Notes: generated from the letters alone by a model not told the origin. Counted from the stretch's first letter, positions 1-6,881 are shown. The stretch: 64,000 nt of DNA from an uncultured Planctomycetota bacterium (GCA_903847315.1 CAINDG010000038.1:67750-131749); one strand, 5' to 3'. Program-made: numbers and translations.

Positions 1-170
1 TGTACAGCAGAAATGTTGCGCATAGTAAATACCCTGACGCGGATAGGCAGATTAACATCCTGTTGCGGAGCTGATAATACGCGGACATTCAGAGCGGATA
101 GGATTAGACATAAAGACAGCATCGCACCTTTCAGCCGATGCCTTTTGTTCCGCTCTTTAATAAAGGGCAT
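1..170 (-). CDS. Secreted protein, N-terminal fragment (ORF runs off the window start)
   Basis: Not in the ORF track because it is partial. ATG at 170-168 has GGAG 6 nt upstream. 56 stop-free codons reach position 1: MPFIKERNKRHRLKGAMLSLCLILSALNVRVLSAPQQDVNLPIRVRVFTMRNISAV. The basic n-region plus hydrophobic core looks like a signal peptide. It lies on the same strand, 146 nt downstream of the GspC/PilP-like gene. Confidence 0.4.
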   Translation of the reverse strand, partial: MPFIKERNKRHRLKGAMLSLCLILSALNVRVLSAPQQDVNLPIRVRVFTMRNISAV

Positions 171-316
171 CTGGGTCTCCGAACATCGTTTTGCCCTGCC
201 TTGAGGGCTTATATATTGTTTTATCGGACAAAATGGCATAAGATGCTTAAAAATAATATAGTTAGCTTGATTTTCCCGCCTCCCTGCGGCTGAACGTAAT
301 TTTTATCCTACCGGCC

Positions 317-1282
317 TTATCTTCTTCTTGACCGTTCCGGCAAATTTGAATCCTGTGTTGGCTGTTTTTTCAGAGAATTGCTATCGCCTGGGGCATTAGA
401 ATCCTGTGCCTCTTTTTCAAGTGATTGCAAAAGCTTTCCCAGTACGCCAAGCTCATTTGCCTCCCGGGCCGTAATACCTAAAGAATTGGGGTCTTGCTTA
501 AGTTTTCTGATCCATTCGATACTCTCTTGTGCCGACTGACGTTGCTGCTCTTCAGGACTAATTTCTGGTTTAGACGGTATGTTGGGCTCTGGTTTTGGCG
601 CAGCAACCGTTTTAACATTAGCATCGGGAATTCCCGCATTATCAGTATTGATAACAGGGGTTTTGGCGGGAACCGGCTCAACAGATTCTACCTGCCCGGT
701 TTCTTTTTTTACTCCACCCCAAAGATTAAGAGGTTTATCGCTATTAAGAGTTCCGCTGTAAGATTTAACCAAATTCGGCTTTGTCTGACGCTCGGCTGTA
801 AGTTCATAACTTTTTCCGTTATCGTTAATCAGAACACTGCCGTCGCCAACCTTTTCTATTGTTAGATAACCTATTTTGCTGCCTTGCTTTACCCAATGCA
901 CGCCCTTGCCAACTTCGTCTATAAGAGCCCAGGAATCGGCTTCGCTGTCAGCGTAATAACTGGTGCCAATAAGCTTAAACTTGGCAGTTATAGCGGCTTT
1001 TGGATGAGGAGTTTCGGCTGAAGGTTTCACTACCGGCTCAGGCGGAGGAGGCGGGTTAATACGCAGCGCAAATGCTTTGGCCTGCTTGAGTAACGGCGTC
1101 TCCTGGTCGGCATTAATGGTTTTTTTGCCGCTGGAATCGGCCTGCATTTTATCGGCTATACCCTGAGTTTTAAGCAGATTTTCAACCTTTTCATTGGCCA
1201 AAGACGAATTGACTGTAAATACAAAAAAGCCCAAAACAAAAAGGGCTGCTGAAAAGCTCGTTATCTTCTGAATTTTAAACAT
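317..1282 (-). CDS. Secretion-associated protein: N-terminal membrane anchor, Pro-rich linker, GspC-HR/PilP-like beta domain
   Basis: 321 aa. Hydrophobic N-terminus SFSAALFVLGFFVFTV and a PPPPPEPVVKP linker. The segment KFKLIGTSYYADSEADSWALIDEVGKGVHWVKQGSKIGYLTIEKVGDGSVLINDNGKSYEL matches the pattern of T2SS protein C / PilP domains by eye; no HMM was run. Confidence 0.4.
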   Translation of the reverse strand: MFKIQKITSFSAALFVLGFFVFTVNSSLANEKVENLLKTQGIADKMQADSSGKKTINADQETPLLKQAKAFALRINPPPPPEPVVKPSAETPHPKAAITAKFKLIGTSYYADSEADSWALIDEVGKGVHWVKQGSKIGYLTIEKVGDGSVLINDNGKSYELTAERQTKPNLVKSYSGTLNSDKPLNLWGGVKKETGQVESVEPVPAKTPVINTDNAGIPDANVKTVAAPKPEPNIPSKPEISPEEQQRQSAQESIEWIRKLKQDPNSLGITAREANELGVLGKLLQSLEKEAQDSNAPGDSNSLKKQPTQDSNLPERSRRR

Positions 1283-1370
1283 TTTATGAAAGTTCCATAA
1301 TAAACGCCGATAAAATATCTACACCTAATTTGACATCGGAAAACCACTTAAGTTCCCTGCAATCTAAATT

Positions 1371-1468
1371 AAAAGTGAAAAGTGAAGAGTGAAGCGTGAA
1401 AAGTTGTTAAAGTCGTTAAAGGCGTTAAAGGCTAACGAGTGAAAAGTGAATAGTGAATAGTGAAAAGT
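1371..1468. repeat. Short tandem word repeats: (A/C)GTGAA(A/G/T) heptamers flanking three GTTAAAGnC nonamers
   Basis: 1371-1404 aaaaGTGAAAAGTGAAGAGTGAAGCGTGAAAAGT. 1405-1432 tGTTAAAGtcGTTAAAGgcGTTAAAGgc. 1437-1468 GAGTGAAAAGTGAATAGTGAATAGTGAAAAGT. Confidence 0.85.
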
Positions 1469-1483
1469 AATATAACTCCATTG

Positions 1484-1576
1484 TTTACGTTGTTGGAAAT
1501 GCTATCCCCGCAGTTTTTTCAAAACTAAGCGCGGGGATACACATAACTTCTTATTTTACGTTGTAGGAAATGTTAT
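1484..1576. repeat. 22-nt direct repeat pair flanking a hairpin
   Basis: DR1 at 1484-1505 is TTTACGTTGTTGGAAATGCTAT and DR2 at 1555-1576 is TTTACGTTGTAGGAAATGTTAT (20/22 identical). Between them TATCCCCGC (1503-1511) pairs with GCGGGGATA (1531-1539). An inner AGTTTT/AAAACT stem lies at 1512-1526. Confidence 0.85.
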
Positions 1577-1617
1577 AAGTCATTATTATTTTTAGAGAAT
1601 AAAGGGGTTATGGCGAT

Positions 1618-1659
1618 TTTTTTCAGCCAAAAGCGCAGTTTTTTCAGCCAAACGCGCAA
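1618..1659. repeat. Tandem 21-nt duplication
   Basis: TTTTTTCAGCCAAAAGCGCAG (1618-1638) is followed directly by TTTTTTCAGCCAAACGCGCAA (1639-1659), 19/21 identical. Confidence 0.85.
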
Positions 1660-1849
1660 GTTGGGTCAAAATGAGGGTACTTTTTGCCACAGAACTCGAA
1701 TATTTTCGCTTAAAATTGGAAAAAATCGGATTTTTTTAGGGGTTTTTTAGCTTTTTTGTCAAATTTCGCGCACTACGACTTGCGCGCTTTTGGTTATTCG
1801 GATGAAAGATAGCCACCAAGGCACTAAGACGCGAAGACAAAAAAGATAT

Positions 1850-2875
1850 TTAGCAAAGATTTACACTTTTGCATATTGGACAACCACCGAGGCAAATCTT
1901 TCTATGAGAACAATCCGGGCAATTATCTGCAAACAATTTCTCTCGGAATTCTCTAAACATATTTGAATTCTGCCATGTGTCTAGAATGTTACCATCATTG
2001 ACAGGAACACCTACCTTAGTTGGTTCCATGAACGAGCATGGATACATTCGCATATCTTCTGATATGAACATTGAAAATCTAGCTGCTTCACATGCATCGT
2101 AGAATGATGGTTTAATGTTTGTAAAATATGCAAGGCCAGACACCATACAACTATCGAAACCAATTCGAAAAGATTGTTCTCGATTTTGTACTAATTCGAA
2201 AAAACATTCTAAATCTTTTTTGTTTACTGATGAAAGTTGTTTTGAAGTTTGTCTGCCAATTGGTTTATAGTTTAAAAATATAATAGCATTTACACCAGAA
2301 AGAAATGGCGGAGGTTCTTTCAGCCAAGAAATTGCGGTACCTATGCTCAGAGAATCAAGAACGAAATGAATATTTGTCTTCATACCGACATTGATAAGCT
2401 TTTTTAAAGCCGCCTCAAACTCATTATAAGGACTGTATGCGCTTACGGCAACGGCGCCACAGTATTTACATGATGCTTTAATTACATCAGAGAATAACCC
2501 TCGCCCGTTTGACGTATAAGAAGGAATAATGCCATATTTCTCTCTGGTCAGTTTCAGGATTTCAGCAAACTTCGGATGCTGATTGGGGTTTCCACCTCCA
2601 AGAGCAACTTGTAAAACTCCCATTGCAGCCGCTTGCTTCATTATAATTTCGTAATTTGCAAGACTTATATGTTTACCTTTAGTGCTTGAATTACGATAAC
2701 AGATTAAACAATTTCGATCACACCATCCAGTTATAGATATATCCATCAACTCAGGTCCATGTTGAGACCATTTAGGCTCAAGGAATCCTTGTTCCTCAAT
2801 CCTAGCGAAAAAGCCTGTATGAAGATTAAATACAGTGGTGTAGTGTTCATTGGCGAAATGTTTAATATGGAGCAT
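1850..2875 (-). CDS. Radical SAM enzyme with C-terminal SPASM (auxiliary 4Fe-4S) domain; gene 4 of the island operon
   Basis: 341 aa. CX3CX2C motif WCDRNCLICY (C52/C56/C59, nt 2699-2722). GGGNP resembles the GGE-type SAM motif. C-terminal CPDCSHRKICLGGC is the CX2CX5CX3C SPASM signature (nt 1880-1921), with extra Cys at 335 and 341. The ATG lies 6 nt after the upstream stop. Confidence 0.85.
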   Translation of the reverse strand: MLHIKHFANEHYTTVFNLHTGFFARIEEQGFLEPKWSQHGPELMDISITGWCDRNCLICYRNSSTKGKHISLANYEIIMKQAAAMGVLQVALGGGNPNQHPKFAEILKLTREKYGIIPSYTSNGRGLFSDVIKASCKYCGAVAVSAYSPYNEFEAALKKLINVGMKTNIHFVLDSLSIGTAISWLKEPPPFLSGVNAIIFLNYKPIGRQTSKQLSSVNKKDLECFFELVQNREQSFRIGFDSCMVSGLAYFTNIKPSFYDACEAARFSMFISEDMRMYPCSFMEPTKVGVPVNDGNILDTWQNSNMFREFREKLFADNCPDCSHRKICLGGCPICKSVNLC

Positions 2876-2881
2876 AAAATA

Positions 2882-3301
2882 CTACCAACCACACTCCAAA
2901 GCATTTATATATAATTCAGGACGATCTATTTCGAAGATCTCAGTACACAAAAAGCTCTCTGGCGATTCACCCTCGCTGCGTAAAGTACCAATGTAAACAT
3001 CCATACCCACTTCGAGAGCATGCTCTGCTCGTTTAGCGGTTGATGGAGAGTGAATGTGTCGTTTCAGTAAAGACTTAATATCTGATGTTGGCCCCCAATA
3101 TTCGGATTTAGCTGCATCTTGTACATTTTCCATCTTTGAACAGAGCAACTCAAACAATTCCTTTCCAAAGGATTCTAAATGTGAACCTTGCTTTATCCCC
3201 AAGGCTTCTAGAAATACTTCCTTATTCGGTTTTCCTTTAGAGATGATAATAAATGAAGTCGATGAACTATTCGTAACATAATCAAATCTAATTTTCATCA
3301 T
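2882..3301 (-). CDS. Orphan 139-aa protein; gene 3 of the island operon
   Basis: No family recognised. N-terminus is MMKIRFDYVTNSSSTSFIIIS and the C-terminus ends ...ELYINALECGW. The ATG at 3301 overlaps the preceding gene by 14 nt and has GGAGAAG immediately upstream. Confidence 0.7.
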   Translation of the reverse strand: MMKIRFDYVTNSSSTSFIIISKGKPNKEVFLEALGIKQGSHLESFGKELFELLCSKMENVQDAAKSEYWGPTSDIKSLLKRHIHSPSTAKRAEHALEVGMDVYIGTLRSEGESPESFLCTEIFEIDRPELYINALECGW

Positions 3302-3737
3302 CTTCTCCTATGAGTTCAGCATTTAAGGTTTTCAAAATAACCTTGCGACCATTTTCCGTGTCTTCCCAAAGCGTATCTATTTGATAATCTCTGCCCCACC
3401 GAAAACTTTTAAGTAAAAGCAAGCAATTATGTGATTTAACCAATTTAGATATTTCTGACAAATAGATTTCATCGATAGCATATTTATGATAAAGGAAGCT
3501 TAGTATATTTGTGTACTCTTCCTTGTAAAATTTTAAATATTCGGCTCTTAAATCAATAGATGTATCAATAAAATATGCATATATTCTTTCAACAAGTTCT
3601 GACATATATGTCCCCGGTATTACATTGGCATTTTTTAAAATATTTTTAAGCTTGGGACGATTTTTTGAAATAACAATAATTCCATTATTTGTCCTTACAA
3701 GAAAAATTTTTCCATTTTGTTGCATTTTCTCTTTCAT
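3288..3737 (-). CDS. Orphan 149-aa protein with acidic C-terminal tail; gene 2 of the island operon
   Basis: No family recognised. It ends ...AELIGEDDEN. The ATG lies 3 nt after the NTPase stop (TAA-agt-ATG, 3743-3735). Confidence 0.7.
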   Translation of the reverse strand: MKEKMQQNGKIFLVRTNNGIIVISKNRPKLKNILKNANVIPGTYMSELVERIYAYFIDTSIDLRAEYLKFYKEEYTNILSFLYHKYAIDEIYLSEISKLVKSHNCLLLLKSFRWGRDYQIDTLWEDTENGRKVILKTLNAELIGEDDEN

Positions 3738-3740
3738 ACT

Positions 3741-6668
3741 TTAAATACAATCCTTTTTAAAACCTCGAAGATGTTGCATAATATGGTTGTTCATAATCTG
3801 TGTTGCAATTTTTGGACGGCGTTGCTTAAATTCCCAAAAGATATCCTGAACTGGGTGCATATAGTCATATCCTTCTATATTCCAAAGATATAACAAAATC
3901 CTAACTAAACCTTTATATGCAGCATCCCATTTATTACCAAGTAATAATGGTTTTAGATGTTCTACAAGTCTATCAATAGGATAAATTCCCAGATATTTGT
4001 CGAATGTATATTTACACAAAAATTGAAAAGTATCGTCATTCACGGTATCGAAAATATCAAATAAAAGGAAGATATTTGCATGTGGGTATATTTGAGAATC
4101 GTACCGACAAAGCAAGTTGGCAACAATATGCGGCGCTGTAGGATTATTCTGATTACATGCTTCTTTTAACACTTTGTCATCGTCCGCAGTGATTGCTTCT
4201 TCATCCAGTTCAAAGATATGTTCATAAAAGACATTTTGGTACCATGGTAAATATTTTATTATATCAATAGCGTTATTTTCTTTTTTTTGTCGTAAAGCGA
4301 AAAAGAGATATTCTTGTAATCCTTCTGCTACAGTGAGCTTAGGAACAGTTAATTTTTCGACGAGATGTTTAAATTTAGCAGCATCTTCTTTTAAAACAAT
4401 ATTTATAAGGTAGTTAGAAATCAGAAAATCTCTACAAGTATCGAATGTAAAATTTATGACTTCATTTTGGACAAATATTTTATTTGTATCGATGTCTTTT
4501 CTTAGCAAAATGTCTTCATCTATCAACTCTAGTAGTAACTTTGATTGATCTGTGTCAAAAATCGAAAATGGCACATCTGAATAAATATTTTGCTTTATCA
4601 TCCAACTGATAATCTTTTTTAGGATAGCCCAATAAGGTCTTTGTTTTCCTATAGGAGTATTTATTGAAGGGGTCTGATCATTAAAATCGCCGAATTTCTT
4701 CTGGAAATATTTATGAAAGATTTCTTCCCGTCTTATATGACGGATAAATGGAATTCGTTTCAATGATTTTGCGGTATGGTCGCCATAAGCCTCACAGAAA
4801 ACTCTTAACAAAAAGGGGTCATTTTCAAATTGTTTAAAAGCATGTTCCGATATTCTATTGGCATATATTTTGAAAAATTTTAAATAACCCCTAACTAATC
4901 GTTGTTTGTGTTCTTCAGACATATGCCGATGGATTTCGCGTTCTATAATCATTTTGTTTGCGAAACTGCTTTTGAGCAAATTTCCAAATCTGATGTCAAA
5001 ATATTCTGAGCGGCAAGTTAATATTACCCGAATATGAGAGTATTCAATACATTTTTCGATAAATCTTTCTATTTCAGATGAAAAGACCTTTATTTCTGGA
5101 TGTTCATTGATAGCATCAAACAAAATAATACCTGCTGTGCCTCTTCTTCTTGCTTCTTCATTTATATCCTGCAATACAGTATCAAATAAACCATTATTTC
5201 CATATATACCTCGTGCAAAATAATTTTGCAGTTCACCATGACTAACATTTGCTAATTCCTTGCCAGTAAAAAAGACGCACGGAATACTACGTTTGGTAAG
5301 ACAATTTTCGGCTAAGTCGCATACGAAATTAGTTTTTCCTTGGCCCGCCTTTGAAACAATGGCGAATACTTTAGCTTTAGCTATTTCACTTTTTTCAAGA
5401 AAAAGTTCCTTAACATGTTCGTTAAGAGAGTGTGCTTTGTCACAAAAATGCCATGAAGTTTCTTCAATAATATGCCTTTTTAATTTTGGAGCTTGACGGA
5501 TTAGGGATGTGCGACTTTTACGGTCCAATGCAGATAATTTTCGGGAAATATTCTCTACAATTTTTTGAAAACGAATAATGTTTTTATCTGTATGTTCAAA
5601 GTTAAATTTGAATTTTTTAAAATTTAAATTGAATTCTAGAGGTTTGAGCCCCGAATGCTTAAGTAAACGATTAATTTCATACAAATTGATACTTTCGAAT
5701 TCATAGAGTAACTTTTCCAAAAAAAGAGCTGGATGACAGAATATTCTTGCTTTTTCTTTGACATCACCTACTTCAATAAATATTTCCGGAATGTATTTTT
5801 TGCTGTTTTTTTCAGCGGCAATGCGATTTTGCAGACGTTTGGTCAAAATAGCCGTGATACTTTCTCCGGCTTGTTGTAGGACTGGTACTTTAAAAGTTGC
5901 TTCTGCCGAAATCCTTTCCGCTAAAGAGTTTCTTGTAATCTCTCCACCATTTATTGCAAAGTCGGTAGCCATTTTATACAAAATGGCATGTAAACTCGTT
6001 GCCTTACGAAAATCTTTGTCACCAACGGTTTCTTGTAGGAGATGAATACAATCTAAAGTGTCGCGTCCTGTTCTTGCGGTAAAATCGAAAGATAGAACAA
6101 TAAAATGTTTTAGTAAATGATGAACTTGAATTTTGGTTGGTTTTTTCCCAATTACTTTTTTTATTCCTGCTTCAAATGCATTCAATATATTTGTTTTAGT
6201 TTTAAACTTCAGCGTTTTCTGGTAAAATGCGTCGGGAGTGGATGATGTTTTAGCCCATTCAAGCAATTCCGCAACATGCCTTTTGACAGTTGAATTATTA
6301 CACACTTCACCAATTGCCAATCCTACACTATCATCATTCTTAAAATTTTTATCGGATAATTGATCCCAAACTTCGTTTACTACTTTGATAAAATCATCGT
6401 TCTTTGAAAATGTGATATTGTGTTTAACTTGCAAACATAATCGCTTTTTTATGCCTGTCGAAGTTTCACAATACAAAACAATATCATCAATGGGACAATC
6501 TCTATTTTTTTGTTGTAAACCAACTTCTTTGATTAAAGCATCTGGCATGCCACGAGGTGCTTCTTGACGCATGAGTCGGAGCAAGTAATAAATAGCTACT
6601 AGGCGGTCGAAGTAATCTCCACCACCACCCATAGAAAACGGATTTACTGCTGCTGCTTTCTTAGCCAT
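3741..6668 (-). CDS. NACHT-like STAND P-loop NTPase with PD-(D/E)xK-like (Cap4/DUF4297-like) N-terminal module and long helical C-terminal region; gene 1 of the island operon
   Basis: 975 aa. Walker A is SKAGQGKT (aa 439-446, nt 5331-5354). Walker B is IILFDAINE (aa 514-522, nt 5103-5129). A downstream RVILTCRSE block resembles the NACHT TSRP segment. The N-terminus has GGGGDYFDRLVAIYYLLRL, then PIDDIVLY..(x)..LCLQVKH (aa 59-83, nt about 6423-6491), a D..QxK arrangement like restriction-fold nucleases. About 350 C-terminal aa are unassigned. Confidence 0.8.
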   Translation of the reverse strand: MAKKAAAVNPFSMGGGGDYFDRLVAIYYLLRLMRQEAPRGMPDALIKEVGLQQKNRDCPIDDIVLYCETSTGIKKRLCLQVKHNITFSKNDDFIKVVNEVWDQLSDKNFKNDDSVGLAIGEVCNNSTVKRHVAELLEWAKTSSTPDAFYQKTLKFKTKTNILNAFEAGIKKVIGKKPTKIQVHHLLKHFIVLSFDFTARTGRDTLDCIHLLQETVGDKDFRKATSLHAILYKMATDFAINGGEITRNSLAERISAEATFKVPVLQQAGESITAILTKRLQNRIAAEKNSKKYIPEIFIEVGDVKEKARIFCHPALFLEKLLYEFESINLYEINRLLKHSGLKPLEFNLNFKKFKFNFEHTDKNIIRFQKIVENISRKLSALDRKSRTSLIRQAPKLKRHIIEETSWHFCDKAHSLNEHVKELFLEKSEIAKAKVFAIVSKAGQGKTNFVCDLAENCLTKRSIPCVFFTGKELANVSHGELQNYFARGIYGNNGLFDTVLQDINEEARRRGTAGIILFDAINEHPEIKVFSSEIERFIEKCIEYSHIRVILTCRSEYFDIRFGNLLKSSFANKMIIEREIHRHMSEEHKQRLVRGYLKFFKIYANRISEHAFKQFENDPFLLRVFCEAYGDHTAKSLKRIPFIRHIRREEIFHKYFQKKFGDFNDQTPSINTPIGKQRPYWAILKKIISWMIKQNIYSDVPFSIFDTDQSKLLLELIDEDILLRKDIDTNKIFVQNEVINFTFDTCRDFLISNYLINIVLKEDAAKFKHLVEKLTVPKLTVAEGLQEYLFFALRQKKENNAIDIIKYLPWYQNVFYEHIFELDEEAITADDDKVLKEACNQNNPTAPHIVANLLCRYDSQIYPHANIFLLFDIFDTVNDDTFQFLCKYTFDKYLGIYPIDRLVEHLKPLLLGNKWDAAYKGLVRILLYLWNIEGYDYMHPVQDIFWEFKQRRPKIATQIMNNHIMQHLRGFKKDCI

Positions 6669-6721
6669 GTTTAACTTTTACCTGCGAGTATTTCATAGTT
6701 TCCGTACCTCGGATTGATGTA

Positions 6722-6751
6722 ATTATACGGTGGAGATAAGGGAAAAGGCAA
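6722..6751 (-). promoter_or_regulatory. Putative sigma70-type promoter of the island operon
   Basis: Minus strand reads TTGCCT (6751-6746), an 18-nt spacer, then TATAAT (6727-6722). This sits about 55 nt upstream of the ATG at 6668. An AGGT SD-like sequence lies 12 nt before the ATG. Confidence 0.35.
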
Positions 6752-6861
6752 AGGGAAAACCTCCGGAATTATTGTTGCCGTAACGGTAGTTTCGGGTAAA
6801 TTAAGATAATGACAAAGAAACCAATAGAACAAATAATTGACGAATTGAAGCAATAGGAAAG

Positions 6862-6881
6862 AGACGCACGGCCGTGCGTCT
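6862..6881. repeat. Perfect 20-bp palindrome (REP-like hairpin or operator candidate)
   Basis: AGACGCACGGCCGTGCGTCT is its own reverse complement. It lies in the divergent intergenic region, 13 nt upstream of the ATG at 6895. Confidence 0.9.

Noticed and set aside
13-204. 63-aa plus-strand ORF at the window start
   Set aside because: It has no SD and overlaps a minus-strand partial ORF that has a good GGAG SD and a signal-peptide-like N-terminus. I preferred the latter.
1371-1660. Possible CRISPR array or CRISPR remnant in the repeat-dense island border
   Set aside because: The units are 7-22 nt, directly tandem or present only twice, with no repeat-spacer periodicity. No cas genes are present.
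1485-1750. Small ORFs that could be RiPP precursors for the rSAM/SPASM enzyme. These are the minus-strand MCIPALSFEKTAGIAFPTT (1544-1485) and the plus-strand 46-aa MAIFFSQKRSFFSQTRK... (1610-1750)
   Set aside because: Both are built from the repeats themselves (hairpin, 21-mer duplication) and lack convincing SD spacing. One is on the opposite strand. I have no supporting evidence for either, so the 139-aa gene product remains the only candidate substrate.
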